Origin: a candidate division FCPU426 bacterium
Lineage (GTDB): Bacteria; Oederibacteriota; Muellerivitia; Muellerivitales; Muellerivitaceae
DNA: 64,000 bases
Direction: 5' to 3'
Assembly: GCA_963771075.1 (NCBI GenBank)
Contig: CAVYSE010000001.1
Span: 32,001-96,000, forward strand
Positions 29,260 through 41,228 of the stretch are shown here, piece after piece. The position numbers and the translations under genes were made by a program. The notes beneath the pieces were generated by a model that was given only the letters and a program-made list of their open reading frames with translations, did not search any database and was not told where the DNA came from. How positions within the stretch are numbered: the first letter of the stretch is position 1; each line of letters starts with the position of its first letter.

Positions 29260-29883
29260 TTAATGGGGAAGCTGGGCTTCCGGGTTTGCCCCGGGATCGG
29301 CATCGGGATAGATCTTGACGGAATCCTGGTCCAACACCCCATTCTTGTAATTCGATTCGGATTTCAAACGGCCGTCCTCATAGAAGGTTTGATGCAGGCC
29401 GTGAGGACGATCGTCCTTGTTTCCCCATCTAAATTGGATATGGCCGTCCGGGAAATATTTTTTGGCGATCCCTTGCATGCGACCATTCACCATCGTGTAC
29501 TCATACAAAAGCTTTCCGCTCTTGGAAAAGCCCTGCTTCAAGCCCGTGATCTGCCCGTCCACATAAGGCACCTTGGCTGAGATCCATCCTTCCGGGCTGT
29601 AGACGATCTGGATTCCGTTTCCCTTCCCATAACGGAACCTTAATTTCCATTCGGGTTTCCCGGAGGGAAAATAACAAGTCGCGATCCCGTCGGGGACCCC
29701 GCCCCGATCCACGATCTGGCCTTCCGCGATGAATTGCGTGTCGACCAATCGGTTGTTGACATAAAACTTAGTGATGCCGTTGGCCGATTTGGCGGTAATG
29801 GCCGTTTCCCCGCAGAGGGCCTGGGCAGGGCAAAAGGGAAGGGTGCCCAACAGGATGAAGAGGAAGAATTTATAGGATTTCAC
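29260..29883 (-). CDS. Secreted MORN-variant repeat (YwqK-like) protein
   Basis: Repeated Y.xG......Y.xG...G pattern and signal peptide. Confidence 0.8.
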   Translation of the reverse strand: MKSYKFFLFILLGTLPFCPAQALCGETAITAKSANGITKFYVNNRLVDTQFIAEGQIVDRGGVPDGIATCYFPSGKPEWKLRFRYGKGNGIQIVYSPEGWISAKVPYVDGQITGLKQGFSKSGKLLYEYTMVNGRMQGIAKKYFPDGHIQFRWGNKDDRPHGLHQTFYEDGRLKSESNYKNGVLDQDSVKIYPDADPGANPEAQLPH

Positions 29884-30255
29884 CTTTCGCCCTTTCGAGA
29901 ATCCAAAGAGTTCAGGGATTCTTACCGGATCGATCCCTTTAGTTAGACTGAAAGATGATAGCCCTATCCCTCTTACTCCGGAAAGTGGGCGCGCGAGGGG
30001 AAGGACCGCTCTCTCCCTCCCAAAAAAACAGGGTGTGATATCGGCACCGGTTCAAATCCAAGTTAATAAAATCACCCTATTTGATTTTAACGGGAAATCA
30101 TTACTTTAAAACGGTCTCGAAACCGGATTATAAATGTACCCGTTTGTTGCTATTTTTGCGCTTTTAATGGGAAACTTCATCCGTCCGTAAAATCGTTTTT
30201 CACCTAATGAACAATGCCCATATTAGATCATTATGCCAGCAAGATTTGACGACCA

Positions 30256-33200
30256 TGGGGAGAATGGATTTTAACATTTCAACGTTTTTAATTACCAAAA
30301 CCCTCAGAAATGCGCGACTGGGAGTACTGCTCCTGGGCCTGCTACCTCTCGCCCAGCCCCTTTTCGCCCAATGTACACCTACCTCGGCCTCCCTTTGCGC
30401 TAGCGGCGATGATTTAACCACCGTCTATGTGGGGGGATCCCTCCTTGGCACTTTCAACTATGCCGGCGCGCCGGGTACCAATTGAGCCGCCAATCCCACC
30501 TGCATGACCGTTTCGACGGCCCTATTGACCGGGGCGCAAGTCTGCCTTTCCGTGGAGACCCAGAACACCGCCCCGGAGGACAATTTCAGTTCCTGGGACC
30601 TGGACATTACCTGCCAAGGCGGCAACCATTCGGAGATCACCAGCTCAGGAACGGGCATCTCGGTGGACTACGTCTCCGGCGGCAACCCCTCCGCGACTCC
30701 CATTCCCGACGGCAGCGGAAATCCCTGGTACGGCACGGGTTTCAATGGGGGCACCACCTTCCCGACCACCTTTTGCTCCAGCGGAGTGACGGCCTCCACC
30801 TGGGCCAACCCCATCTACAACCCGGTCACGGGAAAGGTCATCCCCTTCATCTCCAACAACTGCTCGGGCGATTACAGCACCAGCAATTCCACCGGCGCCC
30901 TTTTTTGGCACCAATGCACCACCCTACCCCTTCCTTCGCCCACGATCGGACCGCCCAATTTCACCATTACCAAGTCCCTGGAAAGCGCCGTCACCAATAC
31001 GTCCAACAACACGGTGACGGTTAATTTCAGCGTGGTGGTCTGCAACACCGGCGGGCCTGTCACGAACGGCCCCACCACTGTCTCGGACAATTTCCTGACC
31101 AACGTGAACCAGGGAACCTGTAACGCGTTCAACAGCTTTAATTGCTGGGGATACGGGGACGCCATGGTGCCCTTTACCGAGTGTTACTACAGCCCTCCCA
31201 ACGGCCTGGCGAACGAGCCGACCGTCACCAATAACCAGCTGATCTTCCCGAATTTCGGGACCGGATGCGTCACGGCGACGGCGGTGGCCATTAATTATTA
31301 CGACAATATCGCGGGCTGCGGCCTGACCCTGGTGGACCAGGCCTCGGTGACCTGGCCCAACGGGAGCAAAAGCTCCGGGGACGTAACCTATATCCAAACC
31401 ATTCCCGCCGCCACCACGCCCACCTTCACCCACACGCCCACCCGTACCCCGACGGTGACCCCCACCCGTACGCCTACCTTCACGCCCACCGTCACCCCCA
31501 CCCGCACCAACACCCCCACCGTGACCCCGACCAATACCAACACCGTGACTCCCACCGTCACTCCAACCAACACGCCTACCAGGACCAACACGGTCACCCC
31601 CACCAACACCAACACCGTCACACCGACGGCGACCCCCACGAATACCTTTACCCCCACGGTCACGCCCACCCGCACCAACACCCCGACCAATACGCCCACC
31701 CGCACGAATACCAACACCCCCACCGTCACCCCCACCGCCACGGCCACTCCGACCGTTACGGTCACCAACACCTCCACGAATACCTTCGTGGTGACGCCCA
31801 CCCACACCCTGACCCCAACGCCGACCGTGACCCCCACTGTGACGCCGACGAACACCCCCACGGCCACCCCGACCCGTACCAAAACTAATACGGTGACAGC
31901 CACCAGCACTCCCACCCTTACCAATACCGCCACCAATACCCGTACCCTGACCAGCACACCTACCGTTACGAACACACCCTCGGTCACCATGACCACGACA
32001 CCGACCAATACCCTATTGATGACCCCCACCCAAACGAATACCAATACGGTGACCAATACCAACACCCAAACCAACACCCGAACCCAAACCAATACTCCAA
32101 CCCTGACCAACACCCGAACCCAGACCAATACCCCAACGCTCACCCTGACCGCCACCAACACCTTGCTCGTGACCAATACCCCCACCCAGACCCTGACCTA
32201 TACATCCACCAACAGCCCCACGGTGACGATGACTCCGACCACCACCAATAGCCCCACCGTCTCTTCCACTCAAACACCTACCAAGACGATCACCAACACC
32301 GAGACGGTCACCAACACCCTCACCCTCACCCTGACAAAAACGCAAACCGACAGCCCCACCGTGACCAGTACGTTTACCACTACGAATAGCCCAACCTTCT
32401 CCTACACCCCAACCCCCACGAAGACGGTCACCAACACCGAGACGGTCACCAGCACCCCCACCTTGACCCTGACGAAAACGCAGACCGACAGCCCGACGGT
32501 GACCATGACCCTTACCACAACAAATAGCCCGACGGTTTCATCCACTCAAACGCTCACCAAGACGATCACTAACACCGAGACGGTGACCATCACTCCCACC
32601 CTGACATTAACGAAAACGCAGACCAATAGCCCAACGGTGACCATGACCCTGACCACCACCAATACCCGGACGGTGACCAGCACCCCCACCGATACCTTTA
32701 CCATCACGAATACCTATACGCCCACGAACACCAAGACCATCACCAACACCGATACCCCGACGAATACCAAGACAATCACCAGCACTCCCACCGATACCTT
32801 TACCATCACGAATACCTATACGCCCACGAACACCAAGACCATCACAAACACCGATACCCCGACTAATACCAAGACAATCACCAGCACTCCCACCGATACC
32901 TTTACCATCACGAATACCTATACGCCCACCAACACCAAGACCATTACCAACACCGATACCCCGACGGATACCAAGACCATCACCAGCACTCCCACCGATA
33001 CCTTTACCATCACGAATACCTATACGCCCACGAACACCAAGACCATCACCAACACCGATACCCCGACGAATACCAAGACAATCACCAGCACTCCCACCGA
33101 TACCTTTACCATCACGAATACCTATACGCCCACCAACACCAAGACCATTACCAACACCGATACCCCGACGGATACCAAGACCATCACCAGCACTCCCACC

Positions 33201-35063
33201 GATACCTTTACCATCACGAATACCTATACGCCCACCAACACCAAGACCATCACCAACACCGATACCCCGACGAATACCAAGACCATCACCAGCACCCCCA
33301 CCGATACCTTCACCATCACGAATACCTATACGCCCACGAACACCAAGACCATCACCAACACCGATACCCCGACGAATACCAAAACCATCACCAGCACCCC
33401 CACGGATACCTTTACCATCACGAATACCTATACGCCCACCAACACCAAGACCATCACCAACACCGATACCCCGACGAATACCAAGACCATCACCAGCACC
33501 CCCACCGATACCTTTACTATCACGAATACCTATACGCCCACCCACACCAAAACCATCACCGATACCTTTACCTCCACCCACACTCCAACGGTGACCCGCA
33601 CGCCTACCGATAGTTTCACCCCGACGCAAACCCATACCCCCACTCATAGCCCGACCGTGACGAACACACGAACCTCCACCTTGACGCCCACCTCCACCCA
33701 CACACCGACCGTGACCCCCACGGCGTCTTCGACATCGACCGTGACCTTTACACCCACCGTTACCCTGGTGGGGGCCGCCATGATCACCAAGCAGGTTTCC
33801 ACTTCGGTCACTGGCGCCGGCTCTGATCTGTTCTATACCCTTACCCTGAACGTGACGGGGAGCGGGGTCCAGAACCTGGTGGTGACCGACCCCCTACCGT
33901 CCAACCTTACCTTCAAATCCTTCGGGTCCGTCCCGGCTGGGACCGTCACCCTCTTCAACGCCGCCTCGGCCCTCCTTACCTGGCAGCTGCCCTCGCCCCT
34001 CGCACCCGGTTCTTATCCGCTCGTATTCCAGGCGACGGTCAACAACCTAGTGGCGGGAGGTGTTACGATCCATAACTGCGCGGTGATGAACGTCACGGGC
34101 CAGGGGCCCATGACCGCCTGCGCGGATACCCTGACGACGGGCGAATATACGGTGAAGATCGGGGTCTACAATGAGGCGGGTGAGCTGATCGAGTCCCTGC
34201 CCGTGAGTCAGTATTCCCAATCCATCAACAGCTTCAGCCTGAGCTCGGGGGCAATCACGGCGGTGAGCGGGCCCGGGAGCTCGACGACGGTCCTCTTCTC
34301 GGGAAGCCCCATCGGTTCCTGGAACGGAACGGACTCGTCGGGGACCCCGGTGGTAAACGGCCAGTATTACCTGAAGATCGACAGCATCAGCGGCATGGGC
34401 GCGGACACCAGCGTTACCGAGCCGGTCGTGGTGAATCGGTCGGTCTATAAGGTGGCGGTGAAGATCTACAACGAGGCCGGGGAGGTGGTGAGGAACCTTT
34501 ACGTCTATACGAGTAATCCGGGCCCGAACACGGCCACCCAACTTCAATTATCAACCACGAATTTCGCGCCTACCAGCGGCCCGGTCACCGGTGCCATCCC
34601 AACCCAATTGACGATCACGCTCAACAATGGCACGGCCATCGTGTGGGACGGCACGGGGGACAACGGGACGGTGGTTACTTCCGGCCAATATTACATCGAG
34701 GTATCCGCACAGGACGGGCAGGGCGGGGAAACGCTGTTGACGGCGCATGTGATGGTGCTTTCGGACACGGCCAACGCCGGGATGGGCAATATCACGGCGA
34801 GGCCGAACCTGCTGAACCCGGGCACGGGTTATACCGTCACCTTCATCTCGGACTCGACGCAGAGCCTGACCCTGGCCTGCCGGGTTTATGACATGGCGGG
34901 CGAGCTGGTAAAGCGGAACGCGACGGGTCCGGCGGGGACCAACGGAGCTTCCTGGGACGCGTCGGGGGTTGCCAGCGGGATCTATTTTGCCGTCGTGGAA
35001 GCTTACAACGCCCAGGGCGGCTTGATCGGCCACCAAAACCTCAAGATCGCGGTGGTGCGGTAG
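30256..35063 (+). CDS. Very large Thr/Pro-rich surface protein with DUF11-like and FlgD-Ig-like domains; in-frame TGA at 30483-30485
   Basis: The signal-peptide ORF (30207-30485) is in frame with the 1519-aa ORF. Motifs [20 protein letters not shown] and WDGT. Confidence 0.8.
32205..32660 (+). repeat. 138-bp (46-aa) coding tandem repeat, about 3 copies
   Basis: AAGACG anchors at 32283, 32421 and 32559. Confidence 0.8.
32670..33575 (+). repeat. 102-bp (34-aa) coding tandem repeat, about 9 copies
   Basis: Unit [42 protein letters not shown] anchors at 32676, 32778 ... 33492. Confidence 0.92.
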
Positions 35064-35330
35064 CCTTACTGAAGTCGGCCTAGGACCAGGCCCTGTCGCG
35101 ACTCGTTTTTTCCTTGTTTATGCAATCCCGCACTTCCGAGTTGTTATTGCCAAGTAATCATCCATCCGCCCCCAATGACCAAACCTATTGGGATCAAAGT
35201 CCTGCCGCCCGCTACGATTCTTAACGGACCCCTCCCCTGAAGGCGGTGAATCCCCGGGTCCCATTCGAGGCCCCACATTCACTAATCCTGGGTAAAATAG
35301 AGCCGGAAGGTCGATGGTTCGGAGGCTGTC

Positions 35331-35702
35331 ATGGAAGACGCAAAAATGTTCATTGAAAAACGGGCCTATCCCCGGACCAAGGCGCAATTCCCCGTGAAGT
35401 ATTGCCTTTTAGAGGACAAACGGGAGATCGAATTGATCCTCGACGATAGCAAAAGGGAAAGGGTCGCCCTGACCCGGGACATCAGCCTGGGCGGGATGCA
35501 GATCATCGCCGAACACCCGATCCGGGTGGGGGAGGTCATGATCTTCGAGATCCCCTTGCCCGGCCTGGTCGAACCCCTCCTGGCCGCCGCAGAGGTGGTC
35601 TGGGTGGATGGGAGCACCGGGGGATTGCATTTTCTCAAGATCAGCGACGAAGACTTCGCGGCCCTGACGGCCTACATTAAAAAGGTCGGCGTGCGGGCTT
35701 GA
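35331..35702 (+). CDS. PilZ-domain protein
   Basis: EKRAYPR (RxxxR) and DISLGG (DxSxxG). Confidence 0.9.
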   Translation: MEDAKMFIEKRAYPRTKAQFPVKYCLLEDKREIELILDDSKRERVALTRDISLGGMQIIAEHPIRVGEVMIFEIPLPGLVEPLLAAAEVVWVDGSTGGLHFLKISDEDFAALTAYIKKVGVRA

Positions 35703-35754
35703 GGGTGTGAGTAACCCAGCCTTGAGAATCCGCATTTCATCGATGGAATAAAAA

Positions 35755-36384
35755 ATGGGGAGGTCGAACCCTGCCATGGGCAAAAAACTTAAAACCAACA
35801 CGCGAATGAATCCCAAGGTGGACGAATTCCTCGGGAGGGCCAAACAGTGGAGGGAAGAGTTCACTCAATTAAGGGCGATCGCCTTGGCTTGTGGGGTGAC
35901 CGAGGAATTGAAGTGGAAACATCCCTGCTACACGGTCGATGGAAAAAATATCGTCCTGATCCACGGGTTCAAGGAATACTGCGCGCTCCTATTCTTCAAG
36001 GGGGTCTTGATGAAAGACCCCAAGAAGATCCTGATCCAGCAAACCGAACATGTGCAGGGCCCACGCCAGGTGCGATTCACCCGTCTCAGGGACATCACCG
36101 CCCTCACTCCCGTCTTGAAAGGCTATATCCACAATGCCATTGAGGTGGAAAAAGCCGGATTGAAGGTGGTGATGAAAAAAACAGCCGAGTTCAAGGTGCC
36201 CGAAGAATTGCGGGCGAAGTTGGAATCGAACCCCGTCCTGAAGAAGGCCTTCGAGACCCTGACCCCGGGAAGGCAAAGGGCCTACCTGTACTATTTTTCA
36301 CAGGCCAAGCAATCCCAAACCAGGGAAATCCGGATCGAAAAATGCGTCCAGTGGATCCTCTCGGGGAAGGGTTTGGACGATTAG
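35755..36384 (+). CDS. YdeI/OmpD-associated (DUF1801) family protein
   Basis: MNPKVDEFL, EELKWKHPCY, LLFFKG and LTPGRQR. The start may be 35806. Confidence 0.9.
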   Translation: MGRSNPAMGKKLKTNTRMNPKVDEFLGRAKQWREEFTQLRAIALACGVTEELKWKHPCYTVDGKNIVLIHGFKEYCALLFFKGVLMKDPKKILIQQTEHVQGPRQVRFTRLRDITALTPVLKGYIHNAIEVEKAGLKVVMKKTAEFKVPEELRAKLESNPVLKKAFETLTPGRQRAYLYYFSQAKQSQTREIRIEKCVQWILSGKGLDD

Positions 36385-36454
36385 GTGTTCAAAGGGGCTC
36401 CTCGGCAGATTTGTTATAATGAACCGATCAATGAAAGAAATTCGGGGTTAAACC

Positions 36455-37459
36455 ATGCCTGGTAGTATCTATCTTTTGCCTCTATTGATGCCCCGCTCCA
36501 CCCCGGAGGACCTCTTGACCGAATCGGTCGGTTATTTGCTGGACCATAATCTCCTCCTGCGCGAGAAGCTGGAAAGACGTGTGTTTGGCGACATCGCCCC
36601 CAACGCCCAGCCCGAGATTGAGACCCAAAGGGCCTTCAAGGACGGCCGGGCCGATATTTATTTCGAATCCAAATCCCGCAAAATGATCGTGGAAGTGAGG
36701 ATCAACACCGACTTTATCGAGAATCAGCCCTACAATTACCTGGAACATTTGAACGAAGGAACCCCGGGCCGGGAATTGGCCCTGGTCTTGTTCGCCCCCC
36801 GCCGGAGGAAGGACCCGTTAATCAAAAAAACCCTGCAGAGGCTCAAGGGAAAGGTGAAGGACCTTCATTGGGAGGGGGAACAGGGAATCGCGGGGAAAGT
36901 GAAGCTCCGCTTTTGGTCCTTTCGGGAATGCGGGGATTGGATCCAGGAAATATTGGAGCGGGAAACCGAAATGAAAATGCGCGTGCATTTGGAGGAAATC
37001 ATGAGCGTGATCCGTGAAAGGGACCGGGAATATTCGTTCCATACGAAGCCCGCCCAACTCGGCCAAGCCCCTATGGGCGCTTCGTTAAAGGACCTCGTTA
37101 GTTATGTGAACGCCGTCAAGGACAAGTTGGAGGAAGAAGGCTATACGATCGAACGATACAACGACCGGACCCGTGGCTTTTACTTTGGTTTTACCATCGG
37201 CTCACGGCGGAAATTATGGTTCGGCTATTGGCTGGTGCCCTGGGCGGAGGGCAAAGGCCCGATCTGGCTGACCACCGAAACAGGCAACCAGGAGGATAGC
37301 GAGTGGTTTGAGTCGAAGGTGGTGGGGACCTGCGTGATTCATGACGACGGATACGACATGATTTCCAAACCTATTCCCCTGGGCGGTAAGACATGGGATG
37401 AAATGATTGAAAGGACGCTGATCCGCTTGCGCCCAATCCTGGAAAAGATCGATAAATGA
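36455..37459 (+). CDS. PD-(D/E)XK nuclease-like protein
   Basis: EDLLTE, IETQ, GRADI, IVEVRI and QPYNY. Confidence 0.7.
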   Translation: MPGSIYLLPLLMPRSTPEDLLTESVGYLLDHNLLLREKLERRVFGDIAPNAQPEIETQRAFKDGRADIYFESKSRKMIVEVRINTDFIENQPYNYLEHLNEGTPGRELALVLFAPRRRKDPLIKKTLQRLKGKVKDLHWEGEQGIAGKVKLRFWSFRECGDWIQEILERETEMKMRVHLEEIMSVIRERDREYSFHTKPAQLGQAPMGASLKDLVSYVNAVKDKLEEEGYTIERYNDRTRGFYFGFTIGSRRKLWFGYWLVPWAEGKGPIWLTTETGNQEDSEWFESKVVGTCVIHDDGYDMISKPIPLGGKTWDEMIERTLIRLRPILEKIDK

Positions 37460-37748
37460 TCCGCTGATGCGGCCACGATGGCCCTCCTCGCTTGAAAGTA
37501 TGATTTTTTACGTTTCATCGACATTTATGTAGGGCCCGACCTTGATCTTTTATTCCAAACCCCGCTTTCTCTTGGATACTCCTGGGCTTCACAAGCCCCT
37601 ATTTATTTAACTCTTCACAATCGCTTTGATTTACAAAATTTCCATGATGTTTTTTGTTCCCGCCCATGTCCTCCATCCACCCCGGGGGATGGCACGCCAT
37701 ATGCCATTACCTAAAAGAGCAATAAAAATGATTGAACCTGGAGGCAAC

Positions 37749-38426
37749 ATGAAATTTTATCTTTCGCTGAATCAGTTGATGGAAGGTCTCGAAACCCTTG
37801 GCCAGAGCGTCCAGTTCCTATCAAGCCGGGCGCTGCGGATATCCCCTAGGGACGCCCGGGCTAACCGAGACCTTCTGGATCAATGTTCCGCCAAACTGGG
37901 TGAAGTGAGCGAATTGCTGGATAAAAAGATCCGTGTCAGCAAGATCGCCCTGCGAAACTCGGGCATCCTTTACGATCTTTTGGATGTTTTTTACCGCCGG
38001 ACCCTCCACCTGGCCGCCTCTTCCGCAAGCCTGGGTGCGGACGAAAAGGAATCCATCCAGTGTGTCTGGCCTCTTTTGTCGCAGGCCCAGAAGCATTATC
38101 ACCAACTGGCCAAGACCCTTTTCGCCGCCACTGACCTGCCGGTGACCCTGAAGTTGGACGCGGCGGCGGAATACCAGAACCGTTCTTTTCCCGTTATTCT
38201 TCAGGACGATTCCGCCTTCCAGCGGGAAGCCTTGAAACTGTTGGATCGGGCGGTGGAACTTTTTGGGGAAGAGGCCGATATGGCCGGAACGCTGGAGCAG
38301 ACCCGCAAGGAGATGCTGGAAACCCGCCGATGGATGAACCGTACCTTCGCCGTGGCCAAATCGGAAAAGCTGATGGAGAACATGGTCTCCGATATGGCCT
38401 ATCACGTGGCAAACTCGCCCAATTAA
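37749..38426 (+). CDS. Hypothetical helical protein
   Basis: GGAGG RBS before ATG at 37749; long ORF. Confidence 0.65.
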   Translation: MKFYLSLNQLMEGLETLGQSVQFLSSRALRISPRDARANRDLLDQCSAKLGEVSELLDKKIRVSKIALRNSGILYDLLDVFYRRTLHLAASSASLGADEKESIQCVWPLLSQAQKHYHQLAKTLFAATDLPVTLKLDAAAEYQNRSFPVILQDDSAFQREALKLLDRAVELFGEEADMAGTLEQTRKEMLETRRWMNRTFAVAKSEKLMENMVSDMAYHVANSPN

Positions 38427-38652
38427 CGTTTTCAATCCAAGGTTCGGGGAAGGGGTTCGAGAGAGACCTGAAGGGTCTCTCTTCCTTAGGCTGGATTGCA
38501 GGAAAAAGCGAGCCCTTCCAGTCAACTTTTATCAGATGGTTTATATCAGGGGTTTTTCCATGAAAAATGAATTGAACCTTTCAAGCTGGGGTGTAATTTA
38601 GGGGTGAAGCGGAAGGGAACCGACTTCCATTCCCGTTCTTTAAAGAGCCCCC

Positions 38653-39186
38653 ATGAAAACGGCCGATTGTTCAAACTGCGGAAGGACCCTAACGCTACCC
38701 AAGAACCGAAGGGGCCAAAGCCGGGCCCATGTCATTTGTCCGGAATGCGGGGAGGTTTACCAGCGCCAGAGCCGGGGGATGAACGTGGCGAAGGTCTTGA
38801 GCAAAACCGACCTGCCGAGCCTGGTCCTGGACAAGCAGAATCGGGTACTAGGCTGCAATGAAAGTTACATCGAAAAGATCGCCGCCGGGAATATAAGCCC
38901 GGCAGGCCTCCTGATGGGTGAGTTCCTGGAATGCGTGAATTCCTATTCTCCCGAGGGATGCGGGCAGACCCACCATTGCGGGGATTGCGCCATCCGCCAA
39001 GCCGCAAGCAAAACACTTAAAACCGGCAAGGCCGTGAAATATATACCCGCCTATATCACCCGGTTCGAGGACAACCGGAAGGTCCGCAAAGAATTGCTCA
39101 TTTCCGCAACCCCGGTGGGAAAGAATGTACAGGTCACGGTGGAGACCCTCTTTAAAACTTTAGAGCCGCTTCCTCCGAAAAAATAA
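38653..39186 (+). CDS. Zinc-ribbon plus PAS-like protein with a Cys cluster
   Basis: CSNC/CPEC; LVLDKQNRVLGCN; C..S..PEGCG....CGDCAIR. Confidence 0.65.
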   Translation: MKTADCSNCGRTLTLPKNRRGQSRAHVICPECGEVYQRQSRGMNVAKVLSKTDLPSLVLDKQNRVLGCNESYIEKIAAGNISPAGLLMGEFLECVNSYSPEGCGQTHHCGDCAIRQAASKTLKTGKAVKYIPAYITRFEDNRKVRKELLISATPVGKNVQVTVETLFKTLEPLPPKK

Positions 39187-39331
39187 AGAAACGAGCATTT
39201 TTTTATTTCCAACGAAATCGATAAGGGTTGGGGCTTGCGGGGATGAAATAAATACCCCCCAAGGGCTCCCTTGCGATCAAAGCACTCCTATAATTAATGG
39301 CGCTGTTTAAATAAATATCTTGGGAGGCTTT

Positions 39332-39871
39332 ATGATCAAAACATCGAGTCTTATCTTTCCGGCGATCCTGACTCTCTTGATGTGCTTCCCGCGCTTGGCT
39401 TATGAACAAACCACCGCCAAGCCCTCCATGATCCTGGATGAAGTGTTCGCGCTGCCCCACAAGATCATAGTGGGGAATCAGGTAACCTATGGGATCGACA
39501 AGGTTTTCATCATACCCAAGCGGGCGACCGTGGGGCTCCGGATCGCGGCCAATAAAAAAAGACCGCACCTCAATGTTAACCTTTTGGACGAGGAACAATA
39601 CACGAAGTACCGATCCTCCTTTAGCCTGAAACACATTCGGGTAAACGACGAGTTCTCGAAACAGGGTACCTCGGATTTCGAGGCGATCCATGAATTGGCC
39701 CCGGGAAAATACTTTTTCCTGATCCGTTGGGCCGATCAAGTCACAAAACGGACCCAACTGAATGTGGCCTTGAAGGTGTACGCCCGGGAGATTCAACCTT
39801 CCGGGGCGACCCTTGATACGCAATGGGCGGACCTGCTGGGCGACTATAGTCCGACACCCATCACTCAATGA
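39332..39871 (+). CDS. Secreted hypothetical protein
   Basis: GGAGG RBS and signal peptide. Confidence 0.65.
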   Translation: MIKTSSLIFPAILTLLMCFPRLAYEQTTAKPSMILDEVFALPHKIIVGNQVTYGIDKVFIIPKRATVGLRIAANKKRPHLNVNLLDEEQYTKYRSSFSLKHIRVNDEFSKQGTSDFEAIHELAPGKYFFLIRWADQVTKRTQLNVALKVYAREIQPSGATLDTQWADLLGDYSPTPITQ

Positions 39872-40070
39872 AAGTTAAAAGATCGAAACAAAACTTTACT
39901 TTTATTCGCGATCTTTAAGTCTTCGCGGTGAAAATTTGAGGTTTTGTTCCGTTTCTTTAGACTCCCTTAGGGGCTTGCACCCCACCCGGTCCCTGCCGGA
40001 AAGGGAATAAGCCACGTTCGGCGCCTTGCGGGCGTCTTCCCAACCCCCTTTCTGCGGACCATAATGTCTC

Positions 40071-41072
40071 ATGACCCTTTCCACCTCGCAGACGCCCATT
40101 GGTTCCGGTTTTGGGGCCGCATCCACTTCCCGCGAGGTAATCCAGGGCATCCATCTGGCCAATCGAGTCGCCATCGTGACAGGGGGCTATGCGGGTTTAG
40201 GTCTCGAAACGGTGCGGACCCTGGCGGGTGCGGGTTGCAAGGTGATTGTCCCGACCCGGGATCACCACCGGGCCTTCAAGGTTTTGGAAGAAATACAGGG
40301 TGTTGAACTCCAGAAAATGGACCTGATGGACCCGAATTCCATCGTTGATTTCACGGAGCGGTTTATCGAAACGGGTCGGCCTCTCCACATCCTCATCAAT
40401 TGCGCGGGGATCATGGCCTGTCCCCTGGCGAGGGACCCGCGGGGAAACGAGTCCCAACTTTCCACCAACCACCTGGGCCACTTTCAGCTTACTACCCGCC
40501 TTTTGCCCGCCCTTTTCAGGGCGAAAGCAGCGCGCGTGATCAATGTCACGTCACTGGGACACCGCTACTCCCCTGTGGTGGAAGAGGACCCTAACTTCGA
40601 GCGCCGCAATTATGACCCCTGGCTGGCTTATGGCCAATCCAAGACCGCTAACTCGCTCTTTTCGGTGGAACTGGACCGCCGGTACCAGGACCAGGGCATC
40701 CGTTCCTTCGCCGTGCACCCGGGAAGGGTCCTGACGGGATTAGGGAGGCACGTGCCCCGGGAATCCCTCCTGGCGGGTGGTTTCATCGACGAAGGCGGAA
40801 ACCCCATTCTCGATCCCTTGAACAAAATGAAGACCCTCGAGCAAGGCGCGGCGACCATTTTGTGGGCCGCGACGAACCTGAAGATTAATGGCCTGGGAGG
40901 GGTCTATTGCGAGAACTGCGACATCGCCCCCTTGATGGACGGGGAACTGGGCACCCGGGATTTGAAAAATTCCACCGGGCTGGTTGGCGTGATGAACCAC
41001 GCGGTGGATCCGGACGCGGCCGAGCGGCTCTGGGCCTTGAGCGAGAAGTTGATATCCAGGAACACAAACTGA
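40071..41072 (+). CDS. Short-chain dehydrogenase/reductase (retinol-DH/WWOX-like)
   Basis: TGGYAGLG, NCAG, NHLGHF and YGQSK. Confidence 0.93.
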   Translation: MTLSTSQTPIGSGFGAASTSREVIQGIHLANRVAIVTGGYAGLGLETVRTLAGAGCKVIVPTRDHHRAFKVLEEIQGVELQKMDLMDPNSIVDFTERFIETGRPLHILINCAGIMACPLARDPRGNESQLSTNHLGHFQLTTRLLPALFRAKAARVINVTSLGHRYSPVVEEDPNFERRNYDPWLAYGQSKTANSLFSVELDRRYQDQGIRSFAVHPGRVLTGLGRHVPRESLLAGGFIDEGGNPILDPLNKMKTLEQGAATILWAATNLKINGLGGVYCENCDIAPLMDGELGTRDLKNSTGLVGVMNHAVDPDAAERLWALSEKLISRNTN

Positions 41073-41228
41073 ACCGAAAAACGATTTCGACCTGCTCGCA
41101 GCGGGTTCGCAATCCTTGTTTCCTTCCGTGATTCCAGAACTCCCATTTGCTAAGATCATTCTCGGGAGTTATTATCTAGAAAGTTCCGGGCGGATGGACC
41201 GCCCGAATCTTCCAGGAGGCGTCCGCTC

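Noticed and set aside
5799..30485. Alternative genetic code explaining the in-frame stops
   Set aside because: TAG, TAA and TGA are all involved, and all three end ordinary genes in this window.
30924..33701. Val/Gly-rich minus-strand ORFs
   Set aside because: Antisense readings of the Thr/Pro codon repeats.
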